NCBI GenBank assembly: GCA_965248395.1
Contig: OZ252103.1
Coordinates: 3,222,876 to 3,286,875, forward strand
Reading direction: 5' to 3'
DNA: 64,000 bases
Origin: a bacterium
GTDB lineage: Bacteria; JAAXHH01
In this document: piece by piece, positions 39,338 through 48,365 of the stretch
How the letters are laid out: each line of letters begins with the position of its first letter
How positions within the stretch are numbered: position 1 is the stretch's first letter
Program-made: the position numbers and the translations under genes
Notes under the pieces: model-generated
The model's input: the letters and a program-made list of their open reading frames with translations, nothing else
Database searches by the model: none
Told to the model about the DNA's origin: nothing

Positions 39338-40408
39338 TTACGCCGGCTCGACCCTGCCCGATTTGACGGAACGGTAAGCGGCGTCCAGTATCATGACGGA
39401 ACCCAGGGCGGCGGTGCCGGGTGTGAAGTTCTCCACGGCCCGTCCGAGGACCAGGTCCGCGAAATTCTCCGGGGGTCCCTCGCAACGGTAGGCTCCGGCG
39501 TCCGGGGCCACGCCGTGGACATGGTCCTGGCCGTCGTGCCGATGGATCGCGAGCCGGGCCCGTTCGACGTCGAGGAGCAACATGCCCTCCGAACCGAAAA
39601 TCCGGATGTCGAGCTGGAACATCTGGCCCTCGGGAATGTCCCCGGATCCCGATAGCGCGCCGATTACGCCGTCCTCGAATCGAACCGTCAAGGCGTCGTA
39701 CATCTCCACCTTCGACTCAGCCTCGGCCATCATGGCGAAGACCTCCCGGGGCACCAGGCCCGTTAGCCAGGTCATGAGGCCCAGGCTGTGGGACATCTGT
39801 GCGTGACCGTAGCCACCGTCGGCCACCACGGGATCGGCCCAGGTCGCCGGATCGGGCGCAAACAGGCCGCCGCCGTTGGCCTCGTGGTCGAAATCCAGTC
39901 CCTGGAGCAGTCCCCGTATGGGAGAGGCCATGTGGCAGAGCACGGACTCGATTTTTCCGACGACCCCGGCGTCGAGCTGCCGCTTGGCCTCCTGGATGTA
40001 CGGTTTGTGGTGCCAGCCGTAGGGCACGAGCAGGTGAAGCCCTTTCTCGTCGGCCAGCCGGACCAGTTCCTTCGCGTCGGCGCTCTTCGTGCACATGGGT
40101 TTTTCGACCATGACGTGCAACCCGCGTTCCAGCGCCGCACGGGCGTGTTCGTAGTGCAGCGTATGGGGGGTGGACACCACCACGCCGTCCAATTCGACCT
40201 CGTCCAGCATCCGGCGGTAGTCTTCCGTCCCGTACGGCACGTCGAAAGCTTCCTGCACCTCGCGCAGCTCGTCGGTACCGAGCCGGCAGACCGCCGACAG
40301 TTCCACGTCCCCCGCCTCGTCGGCCCGTTTCCGCAGCACAGGCAGGTGATTGGCCGTAGCCCACCACCCGGTGCCTATGAATCCAATGCGCGCTTTATTC
40401 ATTAACAT
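39338..40408 (-). CDS. Gfo/Idh/MocA family oxidoreductase
   Basis: IGFIGTG, STPHTLHYE, VEKP. Confidence 0.9.
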   Translation of the reverse strand: MLMNKARIGFIGTGWWATANHLPVLRKRADEAGDVELSAVCRLGTDELREVQEAFDVPYGTEDYRRMLDEVELDGVVVSTPHTLHYEHARAALERGLHVMVEKPMCTKSADAKELVRLADEKGLHLLVPYGWHHKPYIQEAKRQLDAGVVGKIESVLCHMASPIRGLLQGLDFDHEANGGGLFAPDPATWADPVVADGGYGHAQMSHSLGLMTWLTGLVPREVFAMMAEAESKVEMYDALTVRFEDGVIGALSGSGDIPEGQMFQLDIRIFGSEGMLLLDVERARLAIHRHDGQDHVHGVAPDAGAYRCEGPPENFADLVLGRAVENFTPGTAALGSVMILDAAYRSVKSGRVEPA

Positions 40409-40423
40409 GTCCTCCCGGCTGCA

Positions 40424-41053
40424 TTAAGAACGAGTGCCCCGAAAGACTCCGCTCGTGGTGGCGTCCACGATCCAGACTTCACCCTGCCAGAGGGTAAACC
40501 CGTGGGGTTCCGGCCCCTCCACGTCAAGGCGGTCAAGTTGCTCTCCCGTCTGTGGATCGTAGAGGAACACCGCACGGTGGTTGGTTTCCACGCACCAGAG
40601 CCTGCCGTTTTCCCAGGCGATGCCGTGGGGCCGGTCCCCCGGTGCCGGGAAGGACTGAAGCTCGGTCCACTCTTCGGGGTTCATCCGGTAGATGGTCGCG
40701 TCGGGAGGCGACGACATCCACATCTCGCCGTCCCGCCACTCCAGGCCATGGGCGCCGGTCTCTTTTGCTCCCGGCGTGGCGTAGCGGTCCACCGTCTTAC
40801 CCGTCTCGGGATCGATTTTCAGCGTCTCGCAACTATAGGTGGAGGACACCCAGAGGTGGGTACCGCTGTGGGTGATTCCACTGCCCCTGTCGGAGTCGGA
40901 GTCGAAGATCCGCAGCGTCGTGCCGTCCCGGTAGTCGTGGCAACTGATCCGGTTGTCGCCCTGGTCCAGAATCCAGAGTCCCTCGGTGGTGCCCTGCAGC
41001 CCGTTGGGTTGGGGGCCGGGCGCATCAAAGACATGGTCGAGCGTGAGTTTCAT
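40424..41053 (-). CDS. beta-propeller protein (glutaminyl cyclotransferase/Vgb-like repeats)
   Basis: Repeated P-G-x-x-P/A-H/N-G-L-x-W blades of about 40 aa. Confidence 0.65.
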   Translation of the reverse strand: MKLTLDHVFDAPGPQPNGLQGTTEGLWILDQGDNRISCHDYRDGTTLRIFDSDSDRGSGITHSGTHLWVSSTYSCETLKIDPETGKTVDRYATPGAKETGAHGLEWRDGEMWMSSPPDATIYRMNPEEWTELQSFPAPGDRPHGIAWENGRLWCVETNHRAVFLYDPQTGEQLDRLDVEGPEPHGFTLWQGEVWIVDATTSGVFRGTRS

Positions 41054-41197
41054 TCATCGCCCTTTCTACAATGTGTTTCGAGGGTGAAATACCTTCCCAA
41101 AATGCAACCGGCCCCGTGGGCTGTCAAGGTACAAAGGAAGGGGTTGATCCGGTATCGCGCCCAACCGTCAAGGCACGCAAAATGGTGATAAAAAAGA

Positions 41198-41225
41198 TTG
41201 ACGCAGTTCTTTATTTCGATATATT
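41198..41225 (+). promoter_or_regulatory. arsR promoter (probably leaderless transcript)
   Basis: TTGACG (41198-41203)-16 bp-TATATT (41220-41225), 7 nt before ATG 41233, no SD sequence. Confidence 0.55.
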
Positions 41226-41232
41226 TAGATAT

Positions 41233-41547
41233 ATGGAAACGATAAACACATTATTGACCGCTACCGCCCTGGAGGCGGAACAAAGACACGCCGAGGCCTT
41301 CAAGGCATTGAGCCACAAGACGCGCCTGGCCATCTTCTACCATCTCGTCAGGAAAGGGGAAGAAGGAGATACGGTGGGGAACCTGCAGGAGGCCGTCGAC
41401 GTGCCGTGGGCGACCCTGTCCCACCACCTGGACGTTCTGCGTCGGGCGGACCTGCTGGCATCCCGCCGCGAAGAGCGATACGTCTATTACCGCGTACGAC
41501 CGGAACAAGTGGGCGACCTGGTCCGCCTGCTTACCGCTTGTTGTTGA
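41233..41547 (+). CDS. arsR: ArsR/SmtB family repressor with C-terminal Cys-Cys
   Basis: FKALSHKTRLAIF, TLSHHLDVL, REERYVYY, ends LTACC. Confidence 0.9.
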   Translation: METINTLLTATALEAEQRHAEAFKALSHKTRLAIFYHLVRKGEEGDTVGNLQEAVDVPWATLSHHLDVLRRADLLASRREERYVYYRVRPEQVGDLVRLLTACC

Positions 41548-41642
41548 ATCACAGTTCCATGCTGAAATTGCTGTTCCCGTTGGAATGACTGCCCATATGG
41601 AAGCAACCTGGTTTAGTCCCAGAACCATTCAGGAGGCATGAC

Positions 41643-42122
41643 ATGTCAGGTTATCCCAAGATCCATCTGTCGTTCCCGGTCAGCGACCTGGACCGCAGTG
41701 TTTCATTCTACAAGAGGCTCTTCGGCGAAGATCCCGTGAAATCCAAACCGGGATACGTCAAGTTCCTGCCAACCATCGCACCGCTTAACCTGGCCCTGCA
41801 TCCCGGCAGGACAGCGGACACAACAGCATCGCAACACATGGGTATCGAGGTCGCGGACCGAGAGACCGTCCTGGACCATCTGCGCCGCGTCAAGGAATCG
41901 GGCATGGATGTCAGGGAAGAGATGAATGTCGACTGCTGCCACGCGAACCAGGACAAGTTCTGGGTGGAAGACCCGGACGGACGGGAATGGGAGATCTACG
42001 TGTTGAACCGGGATATTGACGAGCCGGACGTTTATGTCTCGGACGGCTGCTGCGATATTGTTGATGAGCGTGCGGAACAGACCGCCGATACATCGGCCGA
42101 ATCGTCCCGGTGTTGCGGATAA
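41643..42122 (+). CDS. arsI: ArsI/CadI family VOC protein (C-As lyase-like)
   Basis: IHLSFPV, QHMGIEV, CCHANQDKFWVEDPDGREWE (metal His/His/Glu and vicinal Cys pair). Confidence 0.85.
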   Translation: MSGYPKIHLSFPVSDLDRSVSFYKRLFGEDPVKSKPGYVKFLPTIAPLNLALHPGRTADTTASQHMGIEVADRETVLDHLRRVKESGMDVREEMNVDCCHANQDKFWVEDPDGREWEIYVLNRDIDEPDVYVSDGCCDIVDERAEQTADTSAESSRCCG

Positions 42123-42203
42123 CGGGTTCGCCGAAGCGCTTTCGTCCGTAACGGCCCTGCCAGGATCAGGCGGCGCGGCCACGTTTTGAGACAGGAGAAA
42201 CCC

Positions 42204-43322
42204 ATGAAATTCGATACGCTGCTGGTGCACGCGGGAGGCGAAACAGAACCCTCGTCCGGCGCCATTGCGCCTTCCATCCACCTCTCGACGACCTTCGAAC
42301 ATACGCCCGACGGACAGGCTACCCATGACCATATCTACATCCGGCAGGGGAACCCGACCCAGGACCGGCTGGAAGAAGCCCTGGCTGCTATCGAAGATGG
42401 GGAGAAGGCGTTGGTATTCGGGTCGGGCATGGCGGCGGTAACGGCCTGCATGCAGACGCTCAACCCGGGCGCCCACGTCCTGATGCACAAGGACGTCTAC
42501 AGCCTTACCCGCGCGATAGGCAAGGAGCTCCTGCCCAACTGGAATATCGAGGTGTGCGAGGTCGACATGACCGATCTCGACGCGGTTCGGGAAGGAATCC
42601 GATCCAATACGGAACTGCTGTGGGCGGAGACCCCTTCCAACCCGGCCATGGACGTCATCGACATCGCGGCGGTCGCCGACATCGCCCACGGCGCGGGCGC
42701 CCGGCTGTCCGTCGACAACACCTTCGCCACGCCCGTCATGCAGCGGCCGCTCCAGTTCGGCGCCGATATCTCCATGCATTCCATGACCAAGTACCTGGGC
42801 GGCCACAGCGACGTGCTGGGCGGCGCACTCATTTACCGGGAAGACGGGGACCGGGTCGAACATGCCCGGCGCATACGCACGATCACCGGCGGGGTGCTGT
42901 CGCCATTCAACGCCTGGCTGACCCTCCGTGGACTGCGCTCGCTCGGATGCCGCATGGGGCGTCACGTCGCCAACGCACAGGCCATCGCCGTGGCGCTGGC
43001 CAGCCATCCCGGGATCGAGGGCGTCGACTACCCCGGACTGCCGGATCATCCGGGACACGCCATCGCTACCCGGCAGATGGAAGGTTACGGCGGAATGCTG
43101 TCCTTGCGGATACGGGGAACGAAAGAGGACGCGCTGGGTGTCGTTAGCCGGGTCAAGCTGATGAGAAACGCCACGAGCCTGGGAGGGGTCGAAAGCCTGA
43201 TCGAACACCGTCAGACGATCGAAGGTCCGGGATCGACTACGGCCCCCAACCTGCTCCGTCTATCCACCGGTCTGGAAGCGGCCGAGGACCTGATCGACGA
43301 CCTGGTGCAGGCACTGGAATAA
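42204..43322 (+). CDS. cystathionine gamma-synthase/lyase family PLP enzyme
   Basis: YIRQGNPT, FGSGMAA, ETPSNP, VDNTFATP, HSMTKYLGGHSD, SLGGVESL. Confidence 0.92.
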   Translation: MKFDTLLVHAGGETEPSSGAIAPSIHLSTTFEHTPDGQATHDHIYIRQGNPTQDRLEEALAAIEDGEKALVFGSGMAAVTACMQTLNPGAHVLMHKDVYSLTRAIGKELLPNWNIEVCEVDMTDLDAVREGIRSNTELLWAETPSNPAMDVIDIAAVADIAHGAGARLSVDNTFATPVMQRPLQFGADISMHSMTKYLGGHSDVLGGALIYREDGDRVEHARRIRTITGGVLSPFNAWLTLRGLRSLGCRMGRHVANAQAIAVALASHPGIEGVDYPGLPDHPGHAIATRQMEGYGGMLSLRIRGTKEDALGVVSRVKLMRNATSLGGVESLIEHRQTIEGPGSTTAPNLLRLSTGLEAAEDLIDDLVQALE

Positions 43323-43404
43323 AGACCAGGGCAAGCCCAAATATCGTCAATCGGACTGTAATTGGGGGAATGATGCCCCGTAAGGCTACAGGGCATCGAT
43401 CAGT

Positions 43405-43713
43405 CTACGCGTCGGGCTGGCAGGTTCCACACGGCGCGTATGCTTCCGCCGCCTTTTCGAGGGAGATGGCCTTGGCAGCGCCGTTCAGGAATCGACAATC
43501 GGACCTGTGGTACTTAGAACCCCCCTCGGTAATGTAGACGACGGGCACGTCGGCATCCTGTTCGGACTTCGACGGCCAGTACTTGTGGTTGACGGTCAGT
43601 TCCACGCCCTTGTCGAGCAGATCTTCCAGGATTGCACGGATCAGTCTTCTTTTCCGCCAGGTGAGGGCGGTGAGTGCCAGCGTGGTGGCCACGGCGAACA
43701 TCAGTCTCAGCAT
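43405..43713 (-). CDS. small membrane-anchored protein with an Ada-like metal-binding domain
   Basis: N-terminal TM; VYITEGGSKYHRSDC..YAPCGTCQP. Confidence 0.7.
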   Translation of the reverse strand: MLRLMFAVATTLALTALTWRKRRLIRAILEDLLDKGVELTVNHKYWPSKSEQDADVPVVYITEGGSKYHRSDCRFLNGAAKAISLEKAAEAYAPCGTCQPDA

Positions 43714-43887
43714 GGTTTTCCTTTTCTTCAAGATCGATATGCTCATTGAGCGACAATTAAGAACTCTGGCGTCTCTGACTTATGGAGCATCCGTCGCGAA
43801 ACACCTCAATTTCAATATATCGAATCAGGCCTTTAAAAACAAGAACGGAATGAACCTGGTGGTCCCCGTCCTGCGCATTCCGGAACC

Positions 43888-43916
43888 TTGACAAGACGAT
43901 GCCCACCGCATATTAT
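43888..43916 (+). promoter_or_regulatory. sigma70 promoter
   Basis: TTGACA-17 bp-TATTAT. Confidence 0.65.
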
Positions 43917-44018
43917 AGGTCGTTCTGAAACGCACGATTCAGGACCTGATGCACACGATTCAGGACGCGGGTCCGAAGACTTCTTCTTAACCGAATCCAA
44001 AGACACACTGGAGTGATC

Positions 44019-45287
44019 ATGTCTAAGATCAGACTGGGATTGGTCGGCTGCGGCGGTATGGGACACCGGCACCTCTACGGCCTGGCGGAACTGCACCGCA
44101 CCGGGCTGTGCCGGTTCGAACCCGTGGTGGCCTGCGACCCCCGCAAAGAGAACGCCGAATCCCTTGCCGGACATATCGAAAAGCATTTCGGCATCCGTCC
44201 CGCGGTGGTGGGCAGCCTAGACGAGGTAGATGACGGCGATCTGCAGGCCGTCGACATCTGTACCGACCCGCGACACCATCACACGGTATGCGCCGAGGCG
44301 GCCTCGAGGGGGTGGGACGTGATGACGGAGAAGCCCATGGGACTCACGATTCGCGCCTGCCGCATCATGCGCGAATCGACTGACGGCGCGGGGCGCATCC
44401 TGTCGGTGGCGGAGAACTACCGCCGGGATCCGGTCAACCGTTTGGGCAAGGCGCTGCTGGACGCCGGCGTGATCGGTACGCCCCGGTACATGGTGCACAA
44501 CACCGCGGGCGGCGAGAACAAGATGATGATCACCGTGTGGCGGCACCTGAAGAACGTCAGCGGCCTGCTGCTCGACGTGGGTGTCCACTTCGCCGACATC
44601 CTGGAATACTTCATGGGTCCGGTGTCGAACATCTACGCCCAGACGCGTCTCCATGAGAAGATCCGCTACAACGACATGGCGGGCAAAGATCCCGAGAAGG
44701 CAAAGCGTAATTCGCCGGCCGGTGTGTACGAACACTGGCAGGCCGAGATGCCCGCGGAATTCGAGGTGACCGCCGAGGACGCGGCCTACGCCACCCTGAC
44801 CTTCGAGAGCGGCGCGGTCTGCCAGTACCTGGAGGAGCACGCGACCTTCGGAAAAGGCTTCTGGCACCGGGGTATCTACGGTTCGGCCGGATCGATGGAA
44901 CTGCCGGGGGACCGGTCGGGCCAGCCGCTGACCATCGTCCGCGACGGTGAGACCCTGCAGGGCGACGCGCTGCTCGACCTCGTACCCGACTTCCACCTGG
45001 ACGAAGCGACGGCGGCCCTCTTCGGCGGCGAACGCCTTTGGAATTACAACTTCCCCTTCCCGGAGACGGACCGCAAGATCATCGCCATCGAGTACGCCGA
45101 TTTCGCGGAGGCTATCGATGAAGGCCGCCAGCCCGAAGTCGACGGATACATGGGCATGCGCTCGGTCGCCGTCTCCTACGGTATTATGGAATCGGGCCAG
45201 GCGGGCAGGCAGGTCACCATGGACGAAATCATGACGGACAACACCAACGACTACCAGCAGGAAATCAACGAAAGCCTGGGCATCTGA
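44019..45287 (+). CDS. Gfo/Idh/MocA family oxidoreductase
   Basis: LGLVGCGGMG, TEKPMG, AENYRRDP, LDVGVHFAD. Confidence 0.9.
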   Translation: MSKIRLGLVGCGGMGHRHLYGLAELHRTGLCRFEPVVACDPRKENAESLAGHIEKHFGIRPAVVGSLDEVDDGDLQAVDICTDPRHHHTVCAEAASRGWDVMTEKPMGLTIRACRIMRESTDGAGRILSVAENYRRDPVNRLGKALLDAGVIGTPRYMVHNTAGGENKMMITVWRHLKNVSGLLLDVGVHFADILEYFMGPVSNIYAQTRLHEKIRYNDMAGKDPEKAKRNSPAGVYEHWQAEMPAEFEVTAEDAAYATLTFESGAVCQYLEEHATFGKGFWHRGIYGSAGSMELPGDRSGQPLTIVRDGETLQGDALLDLVPDFHLDEATAALFGGERLWNYNFPFPETDRKIIAIEYADFAEAIDEGRQPEVDGYMGMRSVAVSYGIMESGQAGRQVTMDEIMTDNTNDYQQEINESLGI

Positions 45288-45298
45288 GGCGGCAGATC

Positions 45299-46141
45299 AT
45301 GAAACTCGGTTATTCCACGTGGGGCATGCCCCAGGTCGAGATGGACGAAGCGGTGCCCCACCTGGCTTCCCTGGGTTACGACGGCATCGAAATCACCGTC
45401 ATCCCGGGCTATGCCACGGAATTGAGTACACTCGACGCGGAGGAGCGCCGGCGTATCCGGGGCCTGTTCGCGAAGCACAACGTGGAGATGCCCGCCATCG
45501 CCGGGCACACCAGCCTCCTCGATACCGACGTGCGGCAGCACGATGTAAACATGAAGCGGCTGAAGGCCACCGTGGAACTCGCCGCGGACCTGACCATGGG
45601 CGGACTCGTGCCCTGCCTGGATACCACGCCCGGGGGACAGCCCGATGACTGGTCCGACGTGCGGGAGCGGCTGCTCAACGAGGTGGGCGATCTCGTGGAC
45701 TTCGGCGCGCGCCACGGAGTGATCATCGCCATGGAGCCCCACATCGGCTGTTGCCTGTGCGACGTGGAACGGACCCTGTGGCTGCTCGAACAGATAGATT
45801 CCACGTACCTGAAGCTCAATTACGATATCAGCCATTTCGACGTGGCCGGGGTACCCACGGCCGAAAGCGTGGCGGCACTGGCGCCCCACACCATACACAC
45901 CCATGTGAAGGATCAGCGGGGCCGGACGCCCGACTTCGAGTTTCTCATTCCCGGAGAAGGCGATTTCGACTACGTGGAATACCTGGACGCCATGAAAGCG
46001 GCGGGGTACGACGACTACATCACCGTGGAAGTCAGCATGATGGTGCAGCAGCGGGAAGACTACGATCCCCTCGACGCGGCCGGACTGGCCTATCGCACCC
46101 TGGAGGCAGCTTTCGAGGCATCGGAGGCGAATCGGACGTAG
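45299..46141 (+). CDS. sugar phosphate isomerase/epimerase (xylose isomerase-like TIM barrel)
   Basis: GYDGIE, AMEPH, YDISH, HTHVKD, PGEGDFDY, ITVE. Confidence 0.88.
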   Translation: MKLGYSTWGMPQVEMDEAVPHLASLGYDGIEITVIPGYATELSTLDAEERRRIRGLFAKHNVEMPAIAGHTSLLDTDVRQHDVNMKRLKATVELAADLTMGGLVPCLDTTPGGQPDDWSDVRERLLNEVGDLVDFGARHGVIIAMEPHIGCCLCDVERTLWLLEQIDSTYLKLNYDISHFDVAGVPTAESVAALAPHTIHTHVKDQRGRTPDFEFLIPGEGDFDYVEYLDAMKAAGYDDYITVEVSMMVQQREDYDPLDAAGLAYRTLEAAFEASEANRT

Positions 46142-46247
46142 ATTCAAAAGTAAATTGAAGCAAATTGAGGTATAATGAGGTATAAAGGATCGATCAACTT
46201 ACGAAATGATCGTGAAGGTCCATTACCCTTCGAGGAGGTATCACACC

Positions 46248-46664
46248 ATGTACGATCCCGTACTCGTTGAACCCATGCGCAAGGAACTGACCGAACTGGG
46301 CGTGGAGGAATTGAAGACCGCCGACGCTGTTGACGCCCTGTTTCAGGAACACAAGGGCACCGCGCTAGTCGTGGTCAATTCAGTTTGCGGCTGCGCTGCG
46401 GCGAATGCCAGACCTGGCGTCGCCATGGCCCTGCAGAACAAGAAACTGCCGGACCGGGTCACCACGGTATTCGCCGGCATGGACTTTGAGGCCACGAGCA
46501 AGGCAAGAGATTACTTCAAGGGGTTTTTCCCCTCGTCTCCCCAGATCGCGCTGATGAAGGACGGCGAGGTGGCGTTCATGATGGAGCGCCATGACATTGA
46601 AGGCCGCACGGCACTCGACGTAGCTCAGCGGCTGATAGTGGCCTTCAACCAACACTGCGGCTAG
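46248..46664 (+). CDS. BrxA/BrxB family bacilliredoxin
   Basis: VNSVCGCAAANARPG (CGC), TVFAGMD, PSSPQIAL, RHDIEG; GAGGAGG RBS. Confidence 0.93.
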   Translation: MYDPVLVEPMRKELTELGVEELKTADAVDALFQEHKGTALVVVNSVCGCAAANARPGVAMALQNKKLPDRVTTVFAGMDFEATSKARDYFKGFFPSSPQIALMKDGEVAFMMERHDIEGRTALDVAQRLIVAFNQHCG

Positions 46665-46742
46665 TCAGGGCGACGATGCCGCTCGTCTGACCCGCTTGTC
46701 TGGTAGGTAACGGGCTGGCCAGCGCGGAACAATCGAATCCGG

Positions 46743-47159
46743 TTATTCCTGTTCGTACTCCGCCGTGCACACGGTGCGGATACCGCCGCGGATCCGGTAG
46801 TCGGTACTTACCGTTATGCGAACCGGCCGCACCGCCGCAACGAGATCGTCCAGGATGCGGCGCGTGACGTGTTCCTGCACCATGCCGACCGTCCGGTACG
46901 ATAGCAGGTAGTACTTGTAGGACCTCAGCTCCAGGATCACCTCGTCCGGCACGTAGGAAACGATCACCTCACCGAAGTCGGGCAGTCCCGTCCAGGGACA
47001 AACCGCCGTAAACTCGTCGGTATCGATGTCCACGTCGAGGGGATCTCCCTTGTTTTCGTAGGGGAAGGTCTCCAGGACCTCGGGCTTGGTGGCCTCGGGA
47101 CCGTCGAAGTCGAACTGTTTCTGTCGGGTTTCGATGTTCATGGGACCATGGTTCTCCAT
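46743..47159 (-). CDS. queF: preQ1 synthase (NADPH-dependent 7-cyano-7-deazaguanine reductase, unimodular)
   Basis: EFTAVCPWTGLPDFG (catalytic Cys/Asp), ELRSYKYY QueF motif, RGGI. Confidence 0.88.
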   Translation of the reverse strand: MENHGPMNIETRQKQFDFDGPEATKPEVLETFPYENKGDPLDVDIDTDEFTAVCPWTGLPDFGEVIVSYVPDEVILELRSYKYYLLSYRTVGMVQEHVTRRILDDLVAAVRPVRITVSTDYRIRGGIRTVCTAEYEQE

Positions 47160-47166
47160 CAATAAA

Positions 47167-48363
47167 TTATACTTTTCCCGTGAAATCAGGCGCTTCCGGG
47201 TTGACGCTTTCTCCTTCGGGGCGAGGCGCGACCGGGCGAATAGGCATTTCCGCGTAGGACGCGTACGCGACGTCGAGCCAGGGGGTTTCGATCCGCCGAT
47301 GGCCTTCGTGCCGGCTGTTCATGGCGGCGTCGATGATGCCCGTGGTCAGCAGCGTCCGGTCGGGCGGGTACGGCGCGGTCCCCGTCAGGAAGAACCGCTG
47401 TATGTTGTGGCACAGGTAGCCGAAGTGGGCGTGGGTACCCTCTCTGACCAGATGGAAACACGACCCGTGCACCCGGCCATCGACGCGGGCGGCGTAGGCG
47501 AATTCCCCCGCGTACCCACCGAGCATGAGGGTGGTGGTCCGAAGACCATCGCTGCGTTCCACCAGGAAAGCGGCGGGTTCCGTGGCGAGTTCCCGCATCG
47601 ATCCCTCCGTCTTGTCGGCTATGGCGTCCAGGGCCGCATCCATGAGTTGCCTTGACCAGCGTCCCTCGTCGCAGGCCCGCCACATCTCGTCGCCCTCCAG
47701 GCACTGCACAGACGCCACGCCCGTCTCTCCTCCGCGGCGCCGTTCGACCATGCATTGCAAGGCCTCCAGGGCATGATATCCGTAGGACTCGATTCCGCCG
47801 AATCCGATGGAAAGCGCTTCCTCGACGTTTGTCTCCAGTTCGTATTCGATCCACGGTTCGCGCCAGGCCAGGGGCAGCGACGAGCCGGCCATCAGGGGGA
47901 TATTCAGCTCCTTCGCCCGGTTCCACATCCACTGGGCGTCGCGGAAGTCGTAGGAGAAGTGCTTGTCGCTGAAGACCGGAACGGATCGTCCACTTTCGGC
48001 GAAAACGCCGGCGATCTGTTCGAAGAAATACCGGCGAGGGTACATGTGGCGCCCCCGCTCGTTCCACGGGTAGTCGCCGTGCTCGCCCACCAGCAGCACC
48101 GCATCCACGCCCAGGGCGTCGCCCCCGGCGTACAGCGCCCTGCGGATACTCGGGTACACGGGCACGCCGAACTTTTCCGCTATGGGCAGGCCGATGTCGT
48201 TTTCAAGGACGTGGTCGATGTACAGGGAGACCACGTCGACTTCAGGGGCGAAGTGCCCCTGGTCGACCGACCATCCCTTCAGGAACTTCGATACGATAAC
48301 ATCAGCGTGGGCGAAGGGATGGTAGATCGTGCAGATCGCGGCGACGCGCAGACGGGCTGGCAT
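47167..48363 (-). CDS. conserved hypothetical protein, Gfo/Idh/MocA-like fold suspected
   Basis: VDAVLLVGEHGDYP, PVFSDKH, MAGSS, YGYHALE resemble degenerate GFO motifs; starts 2 nt after the ino1 stop. Confidence 0.7.
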   Translation of the reverse strand: MPARLRVAAICTIYHPFAHADVIVSKFLKGWSVDQGHFAPEVDVVSLYIDHVLENDIGLPIAEKFGVPVYPSIRRALYAGGDALGVDAVLLVGEHGDYPWNERGRHMYPRRYFFEQIAGVFAESGRSVPVFSDKHFSYDFRDAQWMWNRAKELNIPLMAGSSLPLAWREPWIEYELETNVEEALSIGFGGIESYGYHALEALQCMVERRRGGETGVASVQCLEGDEMWRACDEGRWSRQLMDAALDAIADKTEGSMRELATEPAAFLVERSDGLRTTTLMLGGYAGEFAYAARVDGRVHGSCFHLVREGTHAHFGYLCHNIQRFFLTGTAPYPPDRTLLTTGIIDAAMNSRHEGHRRIETPWLDVAYASYAEMPIRPVAPRPEGESVNPEAPDFTGKV

Positions 48364-48365
48364 CG

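Noticed and set aside
46743-47159. QueF motif variant (ELRS rather than ELKS) or DNA-modification role
   Set aside because: Conservative change with catalytic Cys, Asp and Glu retained; no dpd genes nearby.
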